A stretch of 64,000 bases of DNA from Myxococcota bacterium. Its GTDB lineage: Bacteria > Myxococcota_A > UBA796 > CAJQPC01. Positions 1-9,091 of this stretch are shown here, piece after piece. The stretch's first letter is position 1; each line of letters begins with the position of its first letter. The stretch spans positions 79,034 to 143,033 of the forward strand of contig DASCPX010000070.1 in the NCBI GenBank assembly GCA_036012755.1, read 5' to 3'. The position numbers were made by a program, and so were the translations under genes. The notes beneath the pieces are model-generated. The model was not told the DNA's origin. It did no database searches and was given only the letters and a program-made list of their open reading frames with translations.

Positions 1-815
1 GCCGCAAGCTCGCGATCGCCTCCTGGGAGGCCCCTCGCGAGGGGAACATCTACGGCAAGCTCACGGTCGACGCGACCCAGGCGGTTGCCTACATCGACTG
101 GGCGCGGGAGCGGACCGGTGAGAAGGTCACCATCACCCACCTCGTGGGCCGCGCCGTGGGCGAAGCGCTGAAGCAGACCCCCTCGCTCAACGGGCGCATC
201 GCCTGGGGTGCCTACCACCCGCACGAGACCGTCGACGTGAGCTTCCTGGTCGTGCTGGAGGGGGGCAAGAACCTCGCCAAGGCCAAGATCGAGCGGATCG
301 ACGAGAAGTCCTGCGCAGACATCGCCGCAGAGGTCCGCGAGCTGGCGACTCGGCTTCGCGAAGGGCGGGACGATGCCTTCAAGAAGTCCCAGGGTCCGCT
401 CGCGATGCTGCCGACCTGGATCATTCGCCCCCTGGTCCACTTCACGGGCTGGCTGACGTCATCCCTGGGCGTCGAGGTCGGCTCCCTGGGGCTCGAGCGC
501 TACCCCTTCGGCAGCTGCATCATCACCAGCGTAGGCATGTTCGGCATCGACGAGGGCTTCGTCCCGCCGACCCCCTGGGCGCGGGTGCCGGTCTACGTGC
601 TCATCGGTGCCATCTCGGAACGACCGGCGGTCGTCGACAGCGAGCTCGTCGTGCTGCCTCAGCTGACGATCACCGCGACGATCGACCACCGCTTCATCGA
701 CGGCTTCCAGGGCGGCGTGCTCGCGAAGGTCATCCGCAGCGTGCTCGAGAATCCCTGGCAGCTCGAGGGCATGGACGGCCCCCCCGGAACTCAGTCCTCG
801 TCTTCCGAGGAGTAG
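1..815 (+). CDS. 2-oxoacid dehydrogenase (E2/CAT-like) acyltransferase catalytic-domain protein, 5' partial
   Basis: Frame 3 is open from nt 3 (RKLAIASWEAPREGNIYGKLTVD...) to the stop at 813-815. Carries the catalytic DHRFIDG motif near the C-terminus and a hydrophobic insert LPTWIIRPLVHFTGWL. Confidence 0.8.
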   Translation, partial: RKLAIASWEAPREGNIYGKLTVDATQAVAYIDWARERTGEKVTITHLVGRAVGEALKQTPSLNGRIAWGAYHPHETVDVSFLVVLEGGKNLAKAKIERIDEKSCADIAAEVRELATRLREGRDDAFKKSQGPLAMLPTWIIRPLVHFTGWLTSSLGVEVGSLGLERYPFGSCIITSVGMFGIDEGFVPPTPWARVPVYVLIGAISERPAVVDSELVVLPQLTITATIDHRFIDGFQGGVLAKVIRSVLENPWQLEGMDGPPGTQSSSSEE

Positions 816-1402
816 TCAGGCAGCTCCTGCCCAGCCAGGGTCAGGAGTGTCTCGTCGTAGAAGTCGACGACGTAGACGACGAGGGGCTCGGGGTCTCGTC
901 GCATGGCGGCCAGGTGCTCGATGTAGGACCAGTGAGTCGTGTCGTCGTCGAGCTTCACCAGGTGAAGGCTTCCGACCATGCGCTCGATGACGTCGGTGCC
1001 GTCGATCTTCTCGAAGCGGATCGCGACGAGCTCCATGTCGTCCTCGGTCCCCCAGACGAGCGCCTCTCGCCAGGCGGTGACCCACTCGATCGTGATGACG
1101 TCGTGGACCGTGTTGTCGAGCACGCAGCTCTCGTCGTACTCGGGCTCCGTGTCCCAGGTGATGTCCCACTCGTCGACCTGTCGGCGGTCGATGAAGACGT
1201 CCTCGACGAGGATCGCCGTCCACACCTCCGAGAGCGGAGCGTCGATGCGGCCCGCAGCGTGGACCCAGTCGTAGTCGTCCTCCTGCCCGCTGAGGACGTT
1301 GAGGGACTCGGTCTCCGGGAAGCTCGCCGTGTTGTCTTCCAGCGCCCTGAGCCCCTCGGGTATCGGGGGGAGTTCGTCGGCACAGGCGAGGAAGAGCAGC
1401 AT
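791..1402 (-). CDS. hypothetical acidic lipoprotein
   Basis: Longest ORF in its frame. N-terminus MLLFLAC (lipobox-like, Cys7), protein-like composition with many W/D/E. No family recognised. Confidence 0.6.
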   Translation of the reverse strand: MLLFLACADELPPIPEGLRALEDNTASFPETESLNVLSGQEDDYDWVHAAGRIDAPLSEVWTAILVEDVFIDRRQVDEWDITWDTEPEYDESCVLDNTVHDVITIEWVTAWREALVWGTEDDMELVAIRFEKIDGTDVIERMVGSLHLVKLDDDTTHWSYIEHLAAMRRDPEPLVVYVVDFYDETLLTLAGQELPDYSSEDED

Positions 1403-1410
1403 GGGCGAGC

Positions 1411-2544
1411 TTAGCGCTCCGTGGCGTCCATGGTCATTCGCCGCGTGAAGTCGTCCCAGTGCACCGGGCGAGCCTCGATGGTGATCCGGTGGCCGAAGCG
1501 GTAGGCCTCGATGTCGGGATTCCGGGCGGGCGGGAAGCGCACGACCAGCTTCTTGAGCGGGTGACCCGGTGGGTGCCCCTGGACCGTGCGGCCGCGCTTG
1601 AGGTCCTCTGGCAGGTCGCCGCTGGACCGCGAGACGCCGTCGACCTCGATGACGAAGGACAGGGGCCCGATAGCGGCGAGGATGTTCTCCTTCGCGGCCT
1701 CCGACAGGCTCCGTTCGAGCAGCGTCTCCATGATCTCGACCAGCGGGATCGAGAAGTCAGGGAGGGGGGCGGTGTCTTCCTCGGTGGCGGGGTCGACAGG
1801 AGCATCCGGGATGGGCTCGGGGGGCTCCTCGGTCCAGACCGGCGCGATGATGTCCTCCGTCCTCGGCGGCGGGGGAGGCGAGACCTCGGGGTCCGTGATC
1901 TCCTCGGCGGTGTCGACCATGCCGAGGGTCGAGCCCGTCAGGTCGCGGTTGGCGCGGTCGAGGGCGTCGGCGGCATTGGTCAGGGCGTCCAGCAGCGCCA
2001 CGAGGTCTTCTGGCGGGCGGGTCGTGCGCTTGCGAACCATCGACACCGAGTCCTTCTCTACGAGGGCGCCGGGGTAGCGGCTGAAGAGCTGGCCGAGGCG
2101 GCGGGCGACGGTCTTGTTGGAGAGCAGCGCGATGATGTGGCGCTCGCCGATCCCCTGGATGCGGAGCAGGTCGTCCAGGGCCTCGTTGCCTACTTGGATG
2201 TCCTGGAGTCCCGCATACTTGCCCATGGCCGCTGCGCCCTCCTCACGGCGCAGGACCAGGCCGGTGGCCAGCAAGGTGTCCGTGGGGACCTCGATGTGCA
2301 AGAGGCCGATCGGCGCGGGACCGCGCTCGATCTCGACGGCGCGTCCCTTCCAGTTCCCGGCCACCTGGGCGGGCCGCACGAGGTCGCCAGCGTCGAAAGA
2401 CAGGTCGTTGGCCTTCGCGAAGTCCTCCCAGAGCTGCAGGCTCGGGTCTCCGGCCTTGCCCAGAGCGCTCCGTAGTTTGAGGCCGATGACCACGAGCGCG
2501 AGCAAGGCAACAGCGGCGGCGATCCAGTTCATCAGTTGGATCAT
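1411..2544 (-). CDS. membrane-anchored hypothetical protein
   Basis: ORF 1411..2556. The preferred start is ATG at 2544 (MIQLMNWIAAAVALLALVVIGLKLR, N-terminal TM helix); GTG 2556 is the alternative. Contains a Pro-rich linker (PPPPP). No family recognised. Confidence 0.6.
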   Translation of the reverse strand: MIQLMNWIAAAVALLALVVIGLKLRSALGKAGDPSLQLWEDFAKANDLSFDAGDLVRPAQVAGNWKGRAVEIERGPAPIGLLHIEVPTDTLLATGLVLRREEGAAAMGKYAGLQDIQVGNEALDDLLRIQGIGERHIIALLSNKTVARRLGQLFSRYPGALVEKDSVSMVRKRTTRPPEDLVALLDALTNAADALDRANRDLTGSTLGMVDTAEEITDPEVSPPPPPRTEDIIAPVWTEEPPEPIPDAPVDPATEEDTAPLPDFSIPLVEIMETLLERSLSEAAKENILAAIGPLSFVIEVDGVSRSSGDLPEDLKRGRTVQGHPPGHPLKKLVVRFPPARNPDIEAYRFGHRITIEARPVHWDDFTRRMTMDATER

Positions 2545-2605
2545 AGTACTTGACACGTCAAGAAAAGGTTGATCTCATCGATAGGACGCAGCGAGCAGGG
2601 TTGCA

Positions 2606-3574
2606 GTGCGAAAGCGGATGTTGGTGAGAGTGGCGTCGACGGCCATCGTCTTGGCGATGGGCCTGTTCTGTACGGACATCGCTCTGGACGGCACGGCCCA
2701 GGCGGACCTCGGGCAGCCTGGCGTCGAGGAGCCCGAGCCGGACTGGGCGCCGCCTGACTGGCACCCCGACAGCGAGACCCTCCTGGGGCTCTCTGACCTG
2801 GACGCCGTGGGTCCGCGCGAGGGGCTGCGCTTGAGATCGCAGGCTGCCTTCGTCTACGACGTCGACTCGGGAGAGGTGCTCTACGAGAGAGCGGCGGACG
2901 ATCGGCGACCGGTCGCTTCGCTGACCAAGCTGGTGACGGCGCTGGCGGTGTCCAGCGAAGAGGTCGATCTCGACGCCGAGACCTGCGTCTCCGAGCTCTT
3001 CTGGCCCTCGAGGTCAGGGGCGCGCAGCCGGATGTCGACGGGGGAGTGCTACACGGGCTGGGACCTGCTGGGCGCGGCGCTGGTCGCCAGTGACAACCGG
3101 GCAGCCTACGGGCTCGGGGTCAGCTCCGGGCTGAGCTACTACGACTTCATCGCACGCATGGACGCCGTGAGCGTGGACCTCGGCATGACCCAGTCCACCT
3201 GGGCCGACCCCAGCGGGCTCGAGGACGACAACCTCTCTACTGCCCGGGACATGACCCGGGCGTCCCTGGCGGTGGCGGTCCACCCGGTCCTGTCGATTCC
3301 GGCATCAGCGCGGAGTTGGACCACGGAGAAGACAGTCGAGGTGGGCATCGGGCCGCGCGTCCGCTCGCTGCACACGACGAACCGGGCCTCTGGGCGCGAC
3401 GACATCGAGTGGCTCTCGGCGAAGACCGGCTACACCGACACGGCGCGCTACTGCTTCTCGGGGGTCTTCCGGACCATGGAGGGACGGACCATCGCGGTGA
3501 CGCTGCTGGGAGCGAACCGCGGGCACCACCGCTGGACGGACCTGGACCGGGTCATCCGGAGTGTTTGGGACTGA
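2606..3574 (+). CDS. D-alanyl-D-alanine carboxypeptidase/endopeptidase (peptidase S11, low-MW PBP)
   Basis: Signal peptide plus the three PBP motifs: SxxK (ASLTK), SxN (ASDN) and KTG (AKTGYT). Confidence 0.9.
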   Translation: MRKRMLVRVASTAIVLAMGLFCTDIALDGTAQADLGQPGVEEPEPDWAPPDWHPDSETLLGLSDLDAVGPREGLRLRSQAAFVYDVDSGEVLYERAADDRRPVASLTKLVTALAVSSEEVDLDAETCVSELFWPSRSGARSRMSTGECYTGWDLLGAALVASDNRAAYGLGVSSGLSYYDFIARMDAVSVDLGMTQSTWADPSGLEDDNLSTARDMTRASLAVAVHPVLSIPASARSWTTEKTVEVGIGPRVRSLHTTNRASGRDDIEWLSAKTGYTDTARYCFSGVFRTMEGRTIAVTLLGANRGHHRWTDLDRVIRSVWD

Positions 3575-4766
3575 AGCGGGCGACGAACTCCGCCATGCGC
3601 CGGATGCCGTCGAGGGTCGGCGCGCACACCTCTTCCAGGTCCGCGCCCTCGGCCAGTGCCGCGGCGCCGTCGAAGTCCACGTAGGCCAGGCGGAAGCTGA
3701 GCTCGCCGGCGGGTCGCATGAAGTCGGCGCCGGGGAGCACGGCCACCCCGGCTCCCTCGAGCAGCTCTTCGCAGAAGGCCCCTGCGTCGCCGCCGCCGGG
3801 GATCAAGCCGACGAAGTAGAAGGCGCCGGTGGGCTCATGGATCTGCACGCCGGCCGAGCGCAGCGGCCCGGTGCAGCGGGGTACGAGCCACCTCAGCACG
3901 GCGCGCTGTCGCTCCAGGAAGCCAGTCAGATCCTCGTTGAAGGCAGTGACTGCGGCGTACTGCGTGGGGGCGGAGACCGCCGAGAAGGTCTCGCTGGCGA
4001 CCACTGACATGGCTCGGTGGATCCAGGAGAGCTCCTGTGGGACGCGCAGGGTCCCTACGCGCCAGCCGCCTGCGCCGCACCACTTGGACAGTCCCCCGGA
4101 GACCAGGGTGCCCTCCGGGTAGAACTCTGCGAGGCTCCGGTGGTCGCCGTCGTGGGCCATCGGCCCGTAGATCTCGTCGCTCACCACGAGCACGCGGTGC
4201 CGCCGCAGCACCTCGGTCAGCGCCCGGAGCTCGGCGGGGGTGTAGGAGAGCCCGTCGGGGTTGCCCGGGTAGTTGAGGATCAGGAGTCGCGCTCGGTGTC
4301 GTGTGGAGCAGTGCCGGTCCAGCACCTCCGGCGTGAGCCGCCAGCGACCCGAGAACGAGGTCGGCAGCAGGGTGCAGGGGCGACCCGCGATGCGGGCCTG
4401 GGGCGCGTAGCTGACCCAGCAGGGCGATGGCACCAACAGCTCGGCGTCGCAGACGAGCTGCACAGTGAACAGGAGCTCCTTGGAGCCGGGGCCGACGAAG
4501 ATCTCGTTGGCTCGGGTCCGGAGCCCACCGCGTTCGTACCAGCTCGCGACGGCCTCGCGCAGGGCGGGCAGTCCGGCGACGTGCAGGTAGTCCTTCTCGT
4601 GGGCGTGGCTGCGGAGGGCTTCGACGACGACCTCTGGCACCGGGAAGGGCGACTGACCCAGCCCGAAGCGGGTGACGACCCGGCCCTCCGCGATCAGGCG
4701 CTTGCTGTCCTCGTTGATGGCGAGGGTCGCGCTCGGGCGCATTCCCTCGAGAAACGGAGCCCTCAC
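3552..4766 (-). CDS. pyridoxal-phosphate-dependent aminotransferase, class I/II
   Basis: NYPGNPDG (NPxNPTG-like) and SGGLSKWCGAGGWRVG (PLP-Lys region). 404 aa. The 3' end overlaps the convergent PBP gene by 23 nt. Confidence 0.9.
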   Translation of the reverse strand: MRAPFLEGMRPSATLAINEDSKRLIAEGRVVTRFGLGQSPFPVPEVVVEALRSHAHEKDYLHVAGLPALREAVASWYERGGLRTRANEIFVGPGSKELLFTVQLVCDAELLVPSPCWVSYAPQARIAGRPCTLLPTSFSGRWRLTPEVLDRHCSTRHRARLLILNYPGNPDGLSYTPAELRALTEVLRRHRVLVVSDEIYGPMAHDGDHRSLAEFYPEGTLVSGGLSKWCGAGGWRVGTLRVPQELSWIHRAMSVVASETFSAVSAPTQYAAVTAFNEDLTGFLERQRAVLRWLVPRCTGPLRSAGVQIHEPTGAFYFVGLIPGGGDAGAFCEELLEGAGVAVLPGADFMRPAGELSFRLAYVDFDGAAALAEGADLEEVCAPTLDGIRRMAEFVARFSPKHSG

Positions 4767-6457
4767 TCCTCGATGCCAGGGTCGGTCGGCGACTCGGCCT
4801 GTTCTCTCTCTACCTCTTCGGTGTGCTCCTTCTCCGTCGCCGTGGACTCCACCGTGCGGGCCTCCAGGCTGTCGGTCCGGCCTTCCATGCCGTGCTTCGG
4901 ATCTGCTGCGTCCGCTTCGTCGGTGACGATGCCGATGTCGTCGCCCTCGAGCCTCGCCATCATCGCGGTCACGCTGGAGTCACCGGCGATGTTGGTGGCG
5001 GTGCGGAACATGTCGAGGATGCGGTCGACACCGATGACCAGCGCGATGCCCTCGGCCGGCACGCCGATGGCGGTGAGCACCATCGCCAGGGTGACCATGC
5101 CCGCCCCGGGCACCCCGGCGGCGCCGACGCTGGCCAGGGTGGCGGTGCCGACGATGGCGGCCTGGTCGCCGAGCGTCAGGTCCATGCCGTAGATCTGCGC
5201 GATGAAGATGGCGGCGACGCCCTGGTAGAGCGCCGTGCCGTCCATGTTGACCGTCGCGCCGAGGGGCAGGACGAAGCTGGTGACGGCAGGGCTGACCCGG
5301 AGCTTGTCTTCGCAACACTCCATCGTGACCGGCAGCGTGGCAGAGGAAGACGAGGTCGAGAAGCCGACCAGCAGCGCCTCCTTCATGGCGCTCAGGAAGC
5401 CGAAAAACGGCAGCTTTGCGCCGAAGCGGATGATCAGCCCGTAGGTGATGCACAGGTGGAGCAGCAGGCCCAAGAGGACCACTCCGCCGTAGGCCATCAC
5501 GGCCAGGAGCACCGATATGCCGGTGTTCCCGACCACGTCGAAGAGCAGGGTCGCCACACCGATCGGCGCGATCTTCATGACGAGGTGGACGACCATGACC
5601 ATGGCCTGGTTGATGCCGTCGAGCATGTCGACGACGGGCTTGGCGCGAGCCACCTGCAACAGCGTGAGCGCGACTCCCAGCATCACCGCGAAGAAGATGA
5701 TGGCGAGCATGTCGCCGTCGGCCGCCGCGGCGACCGGGTTGGTCGGTACGATGCCTACGATCTGCTCCCCGATGGTCGGGGCCTCTGCCGCGCCCTCGAC
5801 GTAGTCCCCCGCCTTGTTCGAGTAGCTCGATAAGAGCAGCCGCTTGTCGGCGTCGCTGACCAGGGAGCCAGGATCCAGCAGGTTCGCGAGGGTGACGCCG
5901 ATGATCAGCGCGACCACGGTCGTGCCCGTGAAGGTGAGCAGGGTTCGCCCACCGATGCGTCCCAGCTTGCGGAAGTCGCCCAGGGAGGCGAGGCCCACCA
6001 CCAGCGAGCAGAACACCAGCGGCACGACGACCATCTTGATGAGCTGGAGGAAGAGCTTGCCGATCCAGACCGTCCACGCCACGAGCGAGTCGCCCAGGGG
6101 CGAGTAGGTCCGGTAGGTCTCTCGCCCGCTGTCCACCCAGCCCGTCGCGCTGTCTCCCTCTGGGACCTCGACGCCGTCCGCGGCCAGCCGGAGCTTGTCG
6201 GCGTTGGAGAGATCCCACTGGACCTGGACCCAGGCGCGCCCATCGTCGCTCCATGTGGCGCCGGTGAGCTCCGCCTTGGCCTCGCCGGCGGCGAGCCCCT
6301 CTTCTACGCCCTGGGGCGCGCCGTCCTGGTCCGCATAGACCGGCAGATCGCCCAGTCGAACGCCATCCTGGGGCATCAGCGAGCTGTTGGGTCCGAGGAG
6401 AAAGCCAGCCAGGATGCCGATGAACATCCCGATGAGGATCTTGGTGTAGAGCTTCAC
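4763..6457 (-). CDS. dicarboxylate/amino acid:cation symporter (DAACS family) with a long extracytoplasmic insert and acidic C-terminal tail
   Basis: GTG start. Typical DAACS core (…SSSATLPVT…, NMDGTALYQG, IAGDS). 4-nt overlap with the downstream aminotransferase gene. Confidence 0.9.
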   Translation of the reverse strand: MKLYTKILIGMFIGILAGFLLGPNSSLMPQDGVRLGDLPVYADQDGAPQGVEEGLAAGEAKAELTGATWSDDGRAWVQVQWDLSNADKLRLAADGVEVPEGDSATGWVDSGRETYRTYSPLGDSLVAWTVWIGKLFLQLIKMVVVPLVFCSLVVGLASLGDFRKLGRIGGRTLLTFTGTTVVALIIGVTLANLLDPGSLVSDADKRLLLSSYSNKAGDYVEGAAEAPTIGEQIVGIVPTNPVAAAADGDMLAIIFFAVMLGVALTLLQVARAKPVVDMLDGINQAMVMVVHLVMKIAPIGVATLLFDVVGNTGISVLLAVMAYGGVVLLGLLLHLCITYGLIIRFGAKLPFFGFLSAMKEALLVGFSTSSSSATLPVTMECCEDKLRVSPAVTSFVLPLGATVNMDGTALYQGVAAIFIAQIYGMDLTLGDQAAIVGTATLASVGAAGVPGAGMVTLAMVLTAIGVPAEGIALVIGVDRILDMFRTATNIAGDSSVTAMMARLEGDDIGIVTDEADAADPKHGMEGRTDSLEARTVESTATEKEHTEEVEREQAESPTDPGIEE

Positions 6458-6498
6458 GTCACCACCACTGAGCAGCGGGCGAGGCTACCATCGCCGTC

Positions 6499-7725
6499 GT
6501 GATCCCCACCCATGTCGTCACCGGCTTCCTGGGCGCAGGAAAGACGACCTTCCTCTTGGACCAGGTCCGTCGTAGGCCCGAGCGCTGCGCCGTCGTCGTC
6601 AACGACTTCGGCGAGGCCCGCATCGACGCAGGCGACTTCAGCGGCGAGGTCCCGGTCATCGACATCCCCGGTGGCTGTGTCTGTTGCACCGCGCCGGAGA
6701 ACCTCGTGCCCTCGCTGCGGCTGTTGATCCAACAGGCGCGACCCGACCGGATCTTCATCGAGGCCACCGGGCTGGCGCGCCCCGCGGACATCGTCGACAC
6801 GCTCGCCCGGAGTGATCTCGACCTGTCCCTGGCGCCGGTGATCTGCGTGGTCGATCCTCGCCGCGTGGACCCCTCTCGCCCCCTGCTCATGGAGCAGATC
6901 GACGCCTCGGACATCGTGCTCGCCAACCACGCGGGCGACTGCACCGAAGGGGACTTCACCGCGTTGGAGAACGCGCTCCAGGGGCGCTACCCGCCGATCC
7001 TCGCCGTGGAGCGCTGCGATCGAGGTGTCGTCGACCTCGACGTGCTCGAGCGGCGTCCAGAGGTCCTGTTCATGCGCGGCGCATCGGGGGCAGCGGCGTC
7101 GACCAGCGGCTATGTCGCCGCGAGCCGCGTGTGGCCTGCCGACAAGCTCTTCGACAGGGAGAGGTTGGTCGCCACCCTGCGCGAGTCCGACGCCGAGCGC
7201 GTCAAGGGCCTGTTCCGCACGGACCTTGGTTGGTTCCGCGTCGACCGCGCTGGCGGCGAGGTCCACGTCCTGGAGAGCCCTCTGCGCAGCGCCTCCGCTG
7301 TCGACGTCATCGCGGAGCGGGGGGCCGAGGAGCTGGTCGACCTGCTCGATCAGCTCGACGCCGTCGTGCTCGACGACGAAGAGGGCATCCGCCTCGGCGA
7401 GCACGTCTTGAACCGCTGGGCGCTGGCGGCCCTGCCCGGGCAGGTAGATGACGTCGGGGTCCTCGTGCCTGGAAAGGAGGGTCGCGGGGTGCGCTTGGTC
7501 GAGGTCCTCGATCTGGCCGACGGCGAGCACTTCATAGTCGTGGCCAGCGACGGGATGACCACGCAGCCGGTGCCCGTCGCGGCCGCCGGAGTCGCCGTCC
7601 TGGTCCACAGCCTGTCGGGGGACCTGCCGCTGCCAGAGGACCTCGGCGGGCCCTTCCGATTGCTCGCGCCGAAGGGCGGGACCTGCTCCAACGTGAAAGG
7701 CGTCGTACGCATCGAGGTCCTATGA
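6499..7725 (+). CDS. COG0523/CobW-family G3E GTPase with an extra C-terminal domain
   Basis: P-loop GFLGAGKTT, metal-binding GGCVCC and a CobW_C-like region. An additional ~115 aa follows (aa 293-408, …GGPFRLLAP…NVKGVVRIEVL). Confidence 0.85.
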   Translation: MIPTHVVTGFLGAGKTTFLLDQVRRRPERCAVVVNDFGEARIDAGDFSGEVPVIDIPGGCVCCTAPENLVPSLRLLIQQARPDRIFIEATGLARPADIVDTLARSDLDLSLAPVICVVDPRRVDPSRPLLMEQIDASDIVLANHAGDCTEGDFTALENALQGRYPPILAVERCDRGVVDLDVLERRPEVLFMRGASGAAASTSGYVAASRVWPADKLFDRERLVATLRESDAERVKGLFRTDLGWFRVDRAGGEVHVLESPLRSASAVDVIAERGAEELVDLLDQLDAVVLDDEEGIRLGEHVLNRWALAALPGQVDDVGVLVPGKEGRGVRLVEVLDLADGEHFIVVASDGMTTQPVPVAAAGVAVLVHSLSGDLPLPEDLGGPFRLLAPKGGTCSNVKGVVRIEVL

Positions 7726-9032
7726 GGTGGCGAGGTTGTGGAATCACCCTGGACGTGCGCCGGATGGGCCTCGTCGCGCTCGACTCGGGGAGGCGCGAGG
7801 CGGCCCTGGAGGCGATGCGCAAGCTCGAGGCAGGCGCGATCGCGAACCCCGACGAGGGGCGACGGGTCGGTCACTACTGGCTGCGCGCCCCTGGTCGAAG
7901 CCCGGAGGGGCCCGCGATCGCCGCGGAGTGGGAGGCCATCGAGGCGCTGGCGCGGAAGGCCGAGGACTATGACCACCTCGTCCTCTGCGGCATCGGCGGC
8001 TCCGCCCTCGGTCCCCAGCTGCTGGCCTCGGCGCTCCCGCGCTTCGGCCTGCGGCCTGTCTTCCTCGACAACACGGATCCTGTGGGCGTCGCAGATGCCC
8101 TCGACGACCTCGAGCTCTCTCGTGCGCTGATCCTCGTCGTCAGCAAGTCCGGGGGGACCAAGGAGACGAAGAACAACCTCGCAGAGGTGCGAGCGCGCTG
8201 TCCAGACCTCGCCGAGCGCGCAGTCGCCATCACCTGTGAGGGCTCTCCTTTGTGGGACGAGGCCGAAGGCTGGCTCGCCCGCCTGCGCATCTGGGACTGG
8301 GTCGGCGGACGGACCAGCGTCACCTCCGCGGTCGGGCTGTTGCCGATGGCCCTGATGGGCCAGGACTGGCGGGGCTTGCTCAGAGGCGCGGCCGCGATGG
8401 ACGAGGCCACCCGCGCGCCAGAGGACAACCCAGCGCTCATGCTGGCCGAGGCCTGGTGGCAGGCCCGCCCCCGAGCGATGGTGGTGTTGCCCTACCGCGA
8501 CCGCCTGGCGCTGCTCGGCCGCTACCTCCAGCAGCTCGTGAGCGAGTCCCTCGGCAAGGAGGGTCAGGGGATCACTGTCTACGGGAACAAGGGCAGCACG
8601 GACCAGCACGCCTACGTCCAGCAGCTGCGCGACGGCCCGGACGACTTCTTCGCCACCTTCGTCCACGGCCACGGTCGCACCCTCGGGGTCGAGGTCGAGC
8701 CGGGCGTCCACTCGGCTGACTACCTGGTGGGCTTCCTCATCGGGACTCGCAAGGCGCTGTCCGAGGCGGGCCGGAGGAGCTTGACCATCATCCTCGACGA
8801 CCTCACGGCCGTGCACCTCGGGGCCCTCATCGCGCTGCATGAGCGAGCCGTCGGTTTCTACGCGAGCTTTGCTGGCATCAACGCCTACCACCAGCCTGGA
8901 GTAGAGGCCGGGAAGCGAGGCGCCGCAGAGGCCCTCCGGCTCATAGCGCGCTTGAAGCTCGGCGAGGATCTCGACCACACCGATGATGTGGAGCTGCTGG
9001 CGGATCACCTCAGACGCACTCGGAGGCTCTGA
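7722..9032 (+). CDS. pgi: glucose-6-phosphate isomerase
   Basis: GIGGSALGPQLL and VVSKSGGTKETKNN SIS-domain motifs. ATGA overlap with the upstream gene; an internal alternative start is possible. Confidence 0.9.
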   Translation: MRWRGCGITLDVRRMGLVALDSGRREAALEAMRKLEAGAIANPDEGRRVGHYWLRAPGRSPEGPAIAAEWEAIEALARKAEDYDHLVLCGIGGSALGPQLLASALPRFGLRPVFLDNTDPVGVADALDDLELSRALILVVSKSGGTKETKNNLAEVRARCPDLAERAVAITCEGSPLWDEAEGWLARLRIWDWVGGRTSVTSAVGLLPMALMGQDWRGLLRGAAAMDEATRAPEDNPALMLAEAWWQARPRAMVVLPYRDRLALLGRYLQQLVSESLGKEGQGITVYGNKGSTDQHAYVQQLRDGPDDFFATFVHGHGRTLGVEVEPGVHSADYLVGFLIGTRKALSEAGRRSLTIILDDLTAVHLGALIALHERAVGFYASFAGINAYHQPGVEAGKRGAAEALRLIARLKLGEDLDHTDDVELLADHLRRTRRL

Positions 9033-9091
9033 GGCGGTGCACCAAGCGCTGGTGACCCTCGTGTGAGGGATCCAGGCCCCGATTCACCGAT

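Noticed and set aside
7350-9008. 552-aa minus-strand ORF (and similar ones at 6454..7608, 10075..11676, 13516..14739, 22971..24311, 47632..49620)
   Set aside because: All lie antisense to genes with clear family motifs (pgi, CobW, glnN, the PPDK-like gene, HNH). Their translations are Arg/Pro/Gly-rich and low in complexity.
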